A program made the position numbers and the translations under genes. From Thermoanaerobaculia bacterium (GTDB lineage: Bacteria; Acidobacteriota; Thermoanaerobaculia; UBA5066): a stretch of DNA of 64,000 nt. Positions 27,707-37,251 of the stretch are shown one piece after another (positions within the stretch are counted from its first letter, which is position 1; each line of letters starts with the position of its first letter). A model generated the notes under the pieces. That model saw only the letters and a program-made list of their open reading frames with translations. It was not told where the DNA came from and did not search any database. Location of the stretch: the NCBI GenBank assembly GCA_963719225.1, contig CAVRAY010000002.1, positions 768,001 through 832,000 of the forward strand. The letters are read 5' to 3'.

Positions 27707-28696
27707 CTACCAGTAGTGCGCCTTGTTCACGCGGTAGAACGCGACCGTCCTTTCGAGGCCCTCGCGCAGCGGCGTCCGTGGCTCCCAGCCCAGGATCCGC
27801 CGGATCTTCGAGATATCCGAGTAGAAGTCGCCGGGCTCCTGCGCCTTGCGTTCGGCGGAGAACGGCGCGAACTCCCAGGGCGCGCCGGTCAGGGAGGAGA
27901 GCGTCTGGGCGAGCTCCCGGAACGTCGTCGGCACGTCCACGCCCACGTTCAGGATCTCCGCGCGGGCCGCCTCCGAGGCGGCCGCGAGCAGGATGGCCTC
28001 GACGCAATCGTCGACGAAGAGGAAGTCGCGCCGGATCGTGCCGTCCCCGAACACCTTCATCGGCTCTCCGTCCACCGCGAGCCGGACGAACCAGTTCACG
28101 ACGCCGTACCGGGAGTGCTTCATCTGCGCGCGCGGCCCGTACACGTTCGTGAGCCTGAGGAGCGCGGACGGGATCCCGTGCACGCGGTCGTAGACCTCGA
28201 CGATCTTCTCGGCCGTGAGGTTCGAGATCTCGTAGATCCCGCGCGGGTTCGTCGGCGCGTCCTCAGCGACGGGAAGAGACACCGCGGGCCCGTACTGGCC
28301 GCGCGTACCCGTGTAGACGACCTTCGCCCGAGGGGCGTGGTGCTTGACGGCCTCCATGACGACGGCCGTCCCCTTCACGTTCATGTCGATGTCGGGAAAC
28401 GGGTCCGTGAGCGAGAGGACGTGGTCGACCTGTCCTGCGAGGTGGAAGACGAAATCCTGCCCCGCGACGAGGCCGTTCATCGCGCGCGCGTCGCGGATGT
28501 CGCACGCGTGCACCGCGACGCGGTCGCGCACGGGCTCGAGGTTGAAGGTGTTGCCTCCGTAGCCCGGGATCATCGCGTCCACGATCGTGACGTCGGCGCC
28601 GCTCTCGACGAGCGCGATCGCGAGGCTCGATCCGATGAAGCCCGCGCCGCCCGTGACGAGGGCGCGGGATCCCGCGAAGGACGGCGTGTGAGTCAC
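27707..28696 (-). CDS. NAD-dependent nucleotide-sugar epimerase/dehydratase
   Basis: VTGGAGFIGS, VFHLAG, NVYGPR, GDG...RDFLFVDD, LGWEP. Confidence 0.9.
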   Translation of the reverse strand: MTHTPSFAGSRALVTGGAGFIGSSLAIALVESGADVTIVDAMIPGYGGNTFNLEPVRDRVAVHACDIRDARAMNGLVAGQDFVFHLAGQVDHVLSLTDPFPDIDMNVKGTAVVMEAVKHHAPRAKVVYTGTRGQYGPAVSLPVAEDAPTNPRGIYEISNLTAEKIVEVYDRVHGIPSALLRLTNVYGPRAQMKHSRYGVVNWFVRLAVDGEPMKVFGDGTIRRDFLFVDDCVEAILLAAASEAARAEILNVGVDVPTTFRELAQTLSSLTGAPWEFAPFSAERKAQEPGDFYSDISKIRRILGWEPRTPLREGLERTVAFYRVNKAHYW

Positions 28697-30549
28697 GCGG
28701 CGACCTCGTCCAGCCGCTCCGCGATGCGGCGCGCGGCGTCTCCCCACGTCCATTTCGCGGCCATCTCGGCCGCGGCGCGGCGCCCTTTCGCCGCGGCCTC
28801 GTCGGGATGCTCGGCGACGTGCCGGAACAGGTGGGCGAGGTGCTCGGGATCGGGGTCGGACCATCGGAAGCCCTTGTAGTAGGTCGCACGCGCGTCGGCG
28901 GGCACGACGCCGCGGACGCGGAGCGGATAGGAGATTCCCTCGTGGACGAACTCCGTGTGCGCGCCCCAGTCCGTCGCGATGGACGGCAGGCCGCACGCCA
29001 TCGCCTCCATGAGCGGCATGTCCCACCCCTCGCCGCGGCCGGCCGAGACGTAGCAGTCCGCGGAGCGGTAGAGCGAGCCGAGCTGGTGGTACGGGAACTC
29101 CTTGTTGTGGAGGAACGCGATCCGCCCGCCGTTCGACGACAGGCCGAGCGCCTCGATCTGCGCCTTCACGTTCGTCGTCCTGTTCACGTTGATGACCTTG
29201 CAGAGGAGGACGACGGGATCCTTGCGGCGGAACGTCTGGTTGAAGACCTTCAGGATCATGTCCGCGCGCTTCCTCTCGCCCCATTCGAAGTTCGCGAGGA
29301 AGACGAAGTCGCCGGCGGGATTCCTGACGCCGCGGATCGCCGGGTGGAAGTGGTCGACGTCGACCCCGAGCGGCATCACGCGCACCGGCTTCTTCAGCCC
29401 CGAGGCGAGGAAGCCGTCGCGGTTGAACGCGGACGGGACCCAGACCTCGTCCATCTCGTTGCCCTGCCGCACCCATTCCTTCGGGAAGCCGTCCACCTCG
29501 AGCATCGTGTAGCCGATCCGGGTGCGGCCCTTGTTGCGAAAGAAGACGTCGCCCTGGCCGTAGACGACGGAGACGCGCGGCCGCCGCCCGCTCTTCCGCG
29601 CCGAGACGACGTTCAGGAGGTAGTCGCGCGCGTCCTCGTCCTCGCGGACGGGGAAGGGCGTTCCCGGGCCCGTAGACGTACTCGTACGCGACGCGGATGC
29701 CTTCTGCGTCGCAGCGCGCGCAGGATCTCGCGGCAGCTCATCGCGTATCCGGTCGGGAAGTTCAGGATGGACTGCCACGACAGGTCGCGCCGGTAGCGGG
29801 CCTCGAGCTTTTCCTTCCAGAGACCCCCGAACGTCTTCCGGCTCTTCTGGAAGAGCGACTCGAACGTCTTCGGCGCGTCGGACGTCGATCCGTGCTCGTG
29901 GTGGACGAGCGTCACGGCGCCACAGACGACCGTCCGGAATCCCGCCTCCTTCGCGCGCAGGCAGAAGTCCGTGTCCTCGAAGTACGACTGGAACCGTTCG
30001 GAGAGGCCGCCGATCCGCGCGAGGACCTCGCGCCTGACGTACGCGCACGCGAAGACGATCCCCTCGACGTCGCGCGTCCGCGCGTACTGGTTCACGTCCG
30101 TCTCGAGAGCGCCGATCTGCTGCCCCCACAGCGTGTCCGGGAGCATGTACGTCCCCGCGTGGAGGAGGCGCCCGTCCGGGAGGACGAGCCGGCAGCCGAC
30201 GACGCCCACGTCGGGGGCCCCGTGCGCCGCCTCGCGCAGCGCGTCGAGCCAGCCCGGCTGGTGGATCTCGACGTCGTTGTTCAGAAGCACGACGTCCGCA
30301 TTCGGGCGGCGCCGCGGCGATCCCGGCGTTGTTCCCGCGCACGTAGCCGAGGTTCGTCGCGTTCGTGACGACGCGCACCCACGGGATCTCGCGAAGCCGC
30401 GCGGGCGTCTCGTCCGTCGACCCGTTGTCGACGGCGATGACGTCGGCGTGCGCGAGGTCCGTGTTCGCCTTCAGCGTCTCGAGACAGCGCCGCGTCAGCT
30501 CCCAGCGGTTCCAGCAGAGGACGACGATCGCCGCCCGGCGGGGCGTCAC
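28693..30549 (-). CDS. GT2-GT4 bifunctional glycosyltransferase (frameshifts ~30305 and ~29700)
   Basis: GT2: VLCWN, VDNGSTD, NLGY..GNN.G, LLNND, YFEDTDFC; GT4: DEVWVPS, GEGWDMPLMEAMACGLP. Confidence 0.82.
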   Translation of the reverse strand: MTPRRAAIVVLCWNRWELTRRCLETLKANTDLAHADVIAVDNGSTDETPARLREIPWVRVVTNATNLGYVRGNNAGIAAAPPECGRRASEQRRRDPPAGLARRAARGGARGPRRGRRRLPARPPGRAPPPRGDVHAPGHAVGAADRRSRDGREPVRADARRRGDRLRVRVRQARGPRADRRPLRTVPVVLRGHGLLPAREGGGIPDGRLWRRDARPPRARIDVRRAEDVRVALPEEPEDVRGSLEGKARGPLPARPVVAVHPELPDRIRDELPRDPARAATQKASASRTSTSTGPGTPFPVREDEDARDYLLNVVSARKSGRRPRVSVVYGQGDVFFRNKGRTRIGYTMLEVDGFPKEWVRQGNEMDEVWVPSAFNRDGFLASGLKKPVRVMPLGVDVDHFHPAIRGVRNPAGDFVFLANFEWGERKRADMILKVFNQTFRRKDPVVLLCKVINVNRTTNVKAQIEALGLSSNGGRIAFLHNKEFPYHQLGSLYRSADCYVSAGRGEGWDMPLMEAMACGLPSIATDWGAHTEFVHEGISYPLRVRGVVPADARATYYKGFRWSDPDPEHLAHLFRHVAEHPDEAAAKGRRAAAEMAAKWTWGDAARRIAERLDEVAA

Positions 30550-30813
30550 GCCTTCTCCCGGGGCGGGAGACGCTTCCAGAGGAGCGCCATCTCGGGCGCG
30601 ACGTCCGCCCGCGTCATCTCGATCGTCTCGTGCCAGCCCTCGAGGCGGAAGGGCGCATCGGCGACGCCGTCGCCGCCGCGCGCGAGCGCGAGCGCTGCCT
30701 CGAGAGGCAGCGCCCTCAGCGACGCCGCCTCGCGCGCGGAGAGCTCGCGCACGAGCGCGCGCAGCTCCGCGGCCTCCTTCCGGAGCCTGCTCGAGCTCGG
30801 AGGACTCGCTCAC
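30546..30813 (-). CDS. Small hypothetical protein (probable frameshift)
   Basis: GTGA overlaps with both neighbours inside the operon. Confidence 0.45.
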
Positions 30814-31073
30814 CACTTCCGGCCCACGAGCCCGCGCAGCCACTGGATCGCCCGCCACGGGGCGGACGCCTTCACCGCCGCGACGTAGGCCTCGGCCTCG
30901 TCCGTCCGGTTCTTCAGGGCGACACGGTCCGTCTCCAGCTCCGCGACGCGGTAGGCGAGACGCTGGACCTCGTCCTCGAGCCTGCCGACGGCGGCGAGCG
31001 CCATCTCGCGTTCGTGCCGCGCCCGCTCGACTCGGGCCGACACCCAGTCGTCGTCGGGAACCTGCAGGACCAC
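30810..31073 (-). CDS. Small coiled-coil protein with amphipathic C-terminal helix
   Basis: Heptads LEDEVQRLAYRVAELETDRVALK followed by SAPWRAIQWLR. Confidence 0.6.
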   Translation of the reverse strand: MVLQVPDDDWVSARVERARHEREMALAAVGRLEDEVQRLAYRVAELETDRVALKNRTDEAEAYVAAVKASAPWRAIQWLRGLVGRKW

Positions 31074-31110
31074 CGGTCAAGTATAGGCGGCGGGATGGGC
31101 CGGTTCCCGG

Positions 31111-32204
31111 TCAGCCGCCGAGCGCGCGGAGCCGCTCCTCGATCCGCGCCGCCGTGTGTCCCCACGTCCACTTCGCGGCGGCCTCGGTCGCGGCGGCAGC
31201 GCCCTTCGCCCGGGCCTCCTCGCGGTGCGTGAACACGTGCCGCAGCTTCGCGACGAGGTCGTCCGGGTCCGGGTCGGCCCAGCGGAAGCCCTCGTAGTAC
31301 GGGCACTTCGCGTCGGCGGGCACGAGGCCGCGGACGGCGAGCGGGTAGCCGACGCCCTCGTTCAGGAACTCCGACGGCCCGCTCCACGGCGTCGCGATCG
31401 TCGGCAGGCCGCAGGCCATCGCCTCGAGGATCGGCATCCCCCAGCCTTCGCCGCGCGACGGCAGGACGAACGCGTCCGCGCCCTGATAGAGCGTCGCGAG
31501 CTGGCTCGAGCGGACGTGCGTGTTGTAGAGGAGGGCGACGGGCGGTCCGTCGTTCGGGAGACCGAGCGCCTCGATCTGCGCGGCGACGTCGACGTGCCCG
31601 TCGTGGTTGTTCGCGCGGAGGAGAAGAAGCACGTCTTTCCTTCTCGGGCCCTGAGAAAGCGGCGGCATACGCGCGCAGGAGCACTTCGGGCGCCTTCCGC
31701 TCCCCCCACTCGAAGACGGACAGGAACGTGAAGCGCTCGCTCGCGCGGCGCGCGCCGGCGGCGGGGCGGAAACGCGCGGCGTCGTAGCCGAGGGGAACGA
31801 CGCGGATCGGCTTCGTGACTCCGCTCGCGGCGAACCGCTCCGCCCCCCACTGAGAGGGCGTCCATACCTCGTCCATCGCGTTGCAGGCGTCCGCCCAGGC
31901 GCGCGGAATGCCGTCCACCTCGAGCATCGTGAAGCCGACTTTCGGGCCCGGATGACTCGTGTAGAAGAGGTCCGCCTGCTCGTAGCTCACCTGCGGTGCG
32001 TCCTCGTAAGGAGGCCGCTTCGCGATGGCGTCGAGGACGGGGTCCGAGATGTGGCTGTTCCGGGGCCAGGGCGTCGGGCCGGAACGCGAGGTCCACGCCC
32101 CGCGCGAGGAGAGCGCGGGCGAGCTCCTCCGAGGTGCTCGCGTAGCCGATCGGCAGCCCCCAGCGGGATTGCCAGGTCACGCGAAGCGGGTGCGCGTCCG
32201 TCAA
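31111..32204 (-). CDS. GT4 glycosyltransferase (frameshifted)
   Basis: GYAS, TMLEVDG, DEVWTPS, FLSVFEWGERK, GEGWGMPILEAMACGLP across three frames. Confidence 0.82.
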
Positions 32205-32588
32205 GGGCTGCGCCCGTGCGCGGCTCTCGAGCGTCGCCAGCTTCCTCTCGAGCGCCGCGACGCGCGTCGCGGAGCGCGCGCTGGTCCGCGAGGAGGATGT
32301 CGATCACGTTCGAGACGGCGTGCTGGTATTCGGAAACTTGCCCCCACTGCGGCAGGCCGTACCACCAGAAGATCTTCGTGAGCGCCCGGCGGAAAAGGTT
32401 GATCGCGGGCGCGAAGAACGCCCGCTCGACTCGAGGACGGCCTCGTTGAAGATCTCCGAGTGGAAGCGCAGCGTCCCGAGCGCGCCGGCGAGCTTCGGGC
32501 TGCCGTGGTCGCCCTCGGCGACCTGGCGCGACACGGCCTCGAGCGCGTTTTCCGCGTCGTCGTCCGAGAGAATCCAATAGACGTTCAT
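32201..32588 (-). CDS. Small hypothetical protein with amphipathic helix and coiled coil (frameshifted)
   Basis: MNVYWILSDD... then FRRALTKIFWWY..PQW.Q..EYQ; TTGA overlap with the GT4 gene. Confidence 0.5.
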
Positions 32589-32676
32589 GCGGTCCGTTCC
32601 GCGGGCAGGATCGAGCCCTCGGCCCGCGCGTGTCAAGCGACGCCGCCCACGAACGGACCCGGCTACACTGCCGCCC

Positions 32677-33343
32677 GTGACCCGCAGCGCCTCCGGTCCC
32701 GCCGTCTACGACAGCGAGCGCCAGGGCCTGCTCTTCGTCGAGGAGGCGAAGGCGCTGTGGCGCTACCGCCACCTCGTCGTCCGAGATCGTCGCGCGCGAC
32801 ATCAAGGTCCGTTACAAGCGGTCCGTCCTCGGGATCGCGTGGACGATGCTGAGCCCGCTCCTGAACATGCTCGCGATGACCTGGGTCTTCTCCCTCGTCA
32901 TGCGGGTGAACGTGAAGAACTTCCCCGTCTACTTCCTCACGGGGTCGATCTTCTGGGCGTTCTTCGGCGGGGCGACGAGCCACGCCGCCTCGCTCACGAT
33001 CGACGCGATGGAGATCACGAAGCGCATCTACATCCCGCGCTCGGTCTTCGTCGTGTCCGCCGTCGGCGTCGCGCTCGTGAACCTCGTCCTCTCCCTCGTC
33101 CCGCTCCTTCTCATCATCCTGCTCACGGGCTTTCCCGTGCACGCCTCGTGGCTCTTCACGCCCGTCGCGATCCTGATCGGCGCGCTCTTCACGACCGGCG
33201 TCGGCCTCGTCGTCTTCACGATGGCCTCGCGCTTCGTCGACGTGAAGGAGACGTACCTCGTCCTCGTGCAGGTCTGGTTCTTCGTGACCCCGATCGTCTA
33301 CACGCCGTCCCTCGTCCCGGAGCGGTACCGCTTCATGGTCTGG
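32677..33343 (+). CDS. wzm: ABC-2 polysaccharide export permease, C-terminally truncated at the junction
   Basis: LWRYR.L...RDIKVRYKRSVLGIAW..L.PL, RFVDV, WFFVTPIVY; homology stops after ERYRFMVW. Confidence 0.85.
33334..33343. other. Probable chimeric junction between two genomes
   Basis: CATGGTCTGG is read as M-V-W by wzm (+) and as Q-T-M by the NitT ATPase (-). Both genes break here, and composition and gene style change. Confidence 0.8.
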
Positions 33344-33966
33344 TCGAGCGCGGCGCGGATCTCCAGCAGCTTGTCGCCCAGCAGCATCCGCGTCTGCTCG
33401 TCGAGCGCGCCGAACGGCTCATCGAGCAGCATCATGCGCGGCTCGTAGGCGAGCGTGCGGGCAACCGCGGTGCGCTGGCGCATGCCGCCCGAAAGCGCGG
33501 AGGGGTAGTAGTCCTCGAAGCCTTCCAGCCCGACGAGGCGCACGAAGTGCCGCGCCTGCTCGAGCCGCTCGCGCTTGCCGACTCCCTGCACCTCGAGCGG
33601 AAAGGCGACGTTCTCGAGCGTGGTGCGCCAGGGGAAGATCGATTCCTCCTGGAACACCATGCCGATGTCGCGGTGCGCGCCGTCGACGGGATGGCCATCG
33701 ACCAGGACCCGGCCGGTGAAGCCGTCGATCAGCCCGCCGATGATGCCGAACAAGGTCGACTTGCCGCAGCCGGACGGACCGATCACGGAGACGAACTCGC
33801 CCTCGCGCACCGACAGCGTCACGTTGTCGAGCGCGTGCACCGGCCGCTCGCCCCCGGCACCGTAGACCATCGAGACATCGACGATATCGAGTGCGTTGCG
33901 CGCCGGCGCCGGCTCGAGCGTCCGCGCTTGACCGAGCTGCGTCGGGAGCACAGTCGAGGACGCCAA
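33334..33966 (-). CDS. NitT/TauT-family ABC ATPase, C-terminally truncated
   Basis: GPSGCGKST, LSGGMRQR, LLDEPFGALD; the H-loop (ITH) is missing after DQTM. Confidence 0.88.
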
Positions 33967-33974
33967 ATCTGCCT

Positions 33975-34952
33975 CTAGGGTTTCTTCGGGTCGTAGACGA
34001 ACTGGATCAACTCGTCGAGCTGCGCCTTGGTCAGCGGCTCCTTGATGAACTTGTTGTCGACCGCTTCCTTCATGGTCTGGTCGACGCCGATCAACGCCGT
34101 GATCTCAAGGCCCGCGCGGGGAAAGAAGGGAATCGATTCTTTTGCGTCCTGGAGCGAGATCTTGGCGAACTCTGCGAATGCGGGAGCCGATTCGTCGGGC
34201 TTGTCGTACATCCAGATAAGCGCGTTGTTGAACGCCTTCATGAACCGGCGCGCCACGTCGCGGCGGTTCTTGATCAGATCGGCGTGCGCGGCATGGACAC
34301 GGATGGATTGCTTGTTGAGCTCGGTCAGTTCGGACCCGCGCATCACGATGCGGGCTTCGCCCTTGCGCACGAGATCGAGATTGAACGGCGGCACCGACCA
34401 GCCGACATCGACCTGACCGGTCATGACCTGGGTGCGCGTCGCCGGCAAGCCGCCGGTCGAGACCAGCTTGGCCGGCGGGTTCATGCCTTCGGTCAACTTG
34501 AGCGCGAGCAGATGCGTCGTGGAGCCGGGACGGGAATAGGAGATGGTGTGGCCGGGATAGTCGGCGCGCGACTTGATCGGACTGTCGGCGCGCACGTAGT
34601 GGAACAGCTCGGGCGTGCCGTGGCCCTCCTGGGCGATGACCCGCAGCGGCGCGCCCTTGGCGTAGGCGCCGATCACGCCGAGGAATCCGGTGCTGAACGC
34701 AATGTCGACGGCCTTGGTCGTGATCGTCTGCAGGGTCTCGGCCCCGCCCGAGGTAAAGATGTATTCGACGTCGAGATTCTCCTTTTTGGCGAAACCGCGC
34801 TCGACGGCGAAATAGGCGATCGCCGAGTTCCAGAAGCCGCGCTGCGAAATGGCGATCTTGAGCTTGTCCGCCGCAAAGGCGGGCGCCGTGGCGCCGGCCG
34901 CCACCCCAACCATGAGTGCACAGGCGAAAAGGCGCGAGGTGTTGCGTGTCAT
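33975..34952 (-). CDS. NitT/TauT-family ABC substrate-binding protein
   Basis: Signal peptide, GGAETLQ, SRPGSTTH, GQVD. Confidence 0.85.
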   Translation of the reverse strand: MTRNTSRLFACALMVGVAAGATAPAFAADKLKIAISQRGFWNSAIAYFAVERGFAKKENLDVEYIFTSGGAETLQTITTKAVDIAFSTGFLGVIGAYAKGAPLRVIAQEGHGTPELFHYVRADSPIKSRADYPGHTISYSRPGSTTHLLALKLTEGMNPPAKLVSTGGLPATRTQVMTGQVDVGWSVPPFNLDLVRKGEARIVMRGSELTELNKQSIRVHAAHADLIKNRRDVARRFMKAFNNALIWMYDKPDESAPAFAEFAKISLQDAKESIPFFPRAGLEITALIGVDQTMKEAVDNKFIKEPLTKAQLDELIQFVYDPKKP

Positions 34953-35147
34953 TAGTTTCCCTCCCTCGTGAGAAACGATCGGTCTTTGTTGGTTGACGGG
35001 CGTCTAGGCTCGTCGAACCGTAATGCAAAGCATAGGGGTCGTCCACACCGGTTCTTGCGGCGCAACACCCCCTCGCAGGCACATGCAACCGTTATGCGGC
35101 GAGCGCGCCCGTCGCCGCGATCGATTGCCCCGTCGGCTGCGCCCGGC

Positions 35148-36593
35148 CTAGACGGCGATCTTCACATATTCAAAGTCGCCCGGCTTGTTGTCGATGCCGA
35201 CGCGCGGCGGCGCGATCCAGCTTGCGAACTTGCCGGGCTCGGTGACCGGCTTCATCAGGCTCTGGATGAAGTCGCCGTCGTCCTTGGACGGTAGCCACTT
35301 GTCCTTGACCTTGTTCCACGTGGCCTTGTCGACCAGCTCGCCCGTGGGCGTCGCCTCGATGTCGCGAAACTCGCCGATCTGGCGGTGGAAGGCGACATGT
35401 GGCAGCTCGAACTTGAACGCGACGCCGGTGCGTTCGATGATCTTGTTCCAGCGGTCGACGCCGCGCTGGCAGTCGGCGGTGTAGTCGTCGCGCAGCCGCA
35501 TGTTGATGGCGGTGAGTGCGGGCTCTTCCACCCGTTTGATCTCGCCGTCGACCAGCTTGAGCACCGGATAGGTCGAATGCTCCAGGCGATGGTCGTCCTC
35601 GATCTTGGTTTCCTGGAACCGGCCCTTGAGGCTCGCGTTGAACGCATTGGCGGCGTTGGTCGACACTTCCGATCCGAACAGGTCGAGCGACAGCGTGTAA
35701 TGCAGGTTGAGCTTCTTCTGCATGGTCGGCAGGTCGATGACGCCGAGCGCGCGGATGCGCGCGACATCGTAGGGATCGTCGATGCCGGCTTCTTTCATGG
35801 CCTCGCAGGTGCGCTGCGCGGTGCGGCCCACGCCGGTCTCGCCGACGAACATATGGTGCGCTTCCTCCGTCAGCATGAAGCGGCAGGTGCGCGAGAGCGG
35901 ATCGAAGCCCGATTGCGCGAGGCTTTCAAGCTGCATCTTGCCGTCCCGATCGGTGAAGAAGGTGAACATATGGAACGAGAGCCAGTCGGGGGTCGCCTCG
36001 TTGAAGGCGCCGAGCATGCGCGGCTTGTCGGCTGAGCCAGAGCGGCGTTCCAACAATTCCTGCGCCTCCTCGCGGCCGTCGCGGCCAAAATATTTTTGCA
36101 GGATGTAGACCATGGCCCAGAGATGGCGGCCCTCCTCGACATTGACCTGGAAGACGTTGCGCATGTCGTAGAGCGAGGGCGCGGTCTTGCCGAGATGGCG
36201 CTGCTGCTCGACCGAGGCGGGCTCGGTGTCGCCCTGGATGACCACCAGGCGGCGCAGCATGGCGCGGTATTCACCCGGCACCTCCTGCCAGGCGGGCTGG
36301 CCGTAGTGGTGGCCGAACGGAATCTGCCGCCCCTCCTCCTGCGGCGCCAGCAAGATGCCCCAGCGGTATTCGGGCATCTTGACGTAATCGAATTTGGCCC
36401 AGCCCTTGGGATCGACCGAGACCGCGGTGCGCAGATACACGAGGGAATTCTGAAAGCCGTTTGGCCCCATCTCCATCCACCAGTCGATATAGCCGGGGTG
36501 CCAGCTTTCCAGCGCGCGCAGCACCTGACGGTCCTCGGTGAGGCCGACATTGTTGGGAATCTTCGTCGAGTAATCGACGTTCTGAATATTCAT
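35148..36593 (-). CDS. boxB: Benzoyl-CoA 2,3-epoxidase subunit B
   Basis: KIPNNV.L, QGDTEPASVEQQ, VNVEEGRHLWAM, TEEAHH di-iron motifs, WIAPPRVGI. Confidence 0.96.
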   Translation of the reverse strand: MNIQNVDYSTKIPNNVGLTEDRQVLRALESWHPGYIDWWMEMGPNGFQNSLVYLRTAVSVDPKGWAKFDYVKMPEYRWGILLAPQEEGRQIPFGHHYGQPAWQEVPGEYRAMLRRLVVIQGDTEPASVEQQRHLGKTAPSLYDMRNVFQVNVEEGRHLWAMVYILQKYFGRDGREEAQELLERRSGSADKPRMLGAFNEATPDWLSFHMFTFFTDRDGKMQLESLAQSGFDPLSRTCRFMLTEEAHHMFVGETGVGRTAQRTCEAMKEAGIDDPYDVARIRALGVIDLPTMQKKLNLHYTLSLDLFGSEVSTNAANAFNASLKGRFQETKIEDDHRLEHSTYPVLKLVDGEIKRVEEPALTAINMRLRDDYTADCQRGVDRWNKIIERTGVAFKFELPHVAFHRQIGEFRDIEATPTGELVDKATWNKVKDKWLPSKDDGDFIQSLMKPVTEPGKFASWIAPPRVGIDNKPGDFEYVKIAV

Positions 36594-36647
36594 GGCTGAC
36601 TCCTCATTTCTTCTGCGTCTCTTCTGTCCGCATAGCCGACCAATCCT

Positions 36648-36698
36648 CCGTCACCCTGAGGTGCGAGCCGCGAAGCGGCGAGCCTCGAAGGATGACGG
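36648..36698 (+). repeat. CGTC-type REP-like palindrome, copy 1
   Basis: CCGTCACCCTGAGGTGCGAGCCGCGAAGCGGCGAGCCTCGAAGGATGACGG. Confidence 0.85.
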
Positions 36699-36728
36699 CG
36701 AACCTGACATCGCGTCTGTGGATCAGAT

Positions 36729-37043
36729 TTAGCAGGCTCGCTCAGACTTCGGCCGCCCGGCACGTCGTTTCGCAAGCTGCCGGATAGTGCTCCAATCGCC
36801 CTTGATGAGCGCTTCCTACTTCGCGCGGCTCCAACCTTTGATCTTGCGCTCGACCACGATGGCATCGGTGATGCGATCGAAATGCTCGGACCAAACCAGT
36901 CGGACGGGGCGTCGCGTGAAGGTGTAGCCGGGATAGGCGCCCGCCTCATGTTGCGCGATGCGAGGACCCAAATCGTCGCCTGTCGCGCTTCCGACGTAGT
37001 AGGAATTATCGGAGCATTGGAGCATGTAGACGAAGGCGCCCAT
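36729..37043 (-). pseudogene. Small GIY-YIG nuclease with an in-frame TAG at 36816-36818
   Basis: FVYMLQCSDNSYYVG...RIAQH...YTFTRRPVRLVW.E...ERKIKGWSRAK*EALIKGDW...; the frame continues to TAA at 36729. Confidence 0.85.
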
Positions 37044-37119
37044 CCGAGCCTCCGAACCGCCGGATCGCTAGTATGACTGACGCTCTGGAGTGCTGTTTCC
37101 CAGAGTTCGGTCCTCCGCT

Positions 37120-37230
37120 CCGTCATCCTGAGGTGCGAGCCCGAAGGGCGAGCCTCGAAGGATGACGGCCCGGCTTTGTGCCCGTCATCCTTCGAGGGCC
37201 TCGCTTTGCTCGGCCACCTCAGGATGACGG
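37120..37230. repeat. Inverted doublet of CGTC-type REP palindromes (copies 2 and 3)
   Basis: 37120-37168 CCGTCATCCTGAGG...CTCGAAGGATGACGG, then inverted copy 37182-37230 CCGTCATCCTTCGAGG...CCTCAGGATGACGG, 13 bp apart. Confidence 0.85.
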
Positions 37231-37251
37231 ATCGGGGGGCGGAACGCATCG

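Noticed and set aside
32846-33448. Genuine convergent overlap or fusion of wzm and the NitT ATPase
   Set aside because: Both proteins lose conserved C-terminal parts at the same point, which is better explained as a junction
36648-37230. Mini CRISPR array
   Set aside because: Three repeats in mixed orientation with no regular spacers and no cas genes; REP-like
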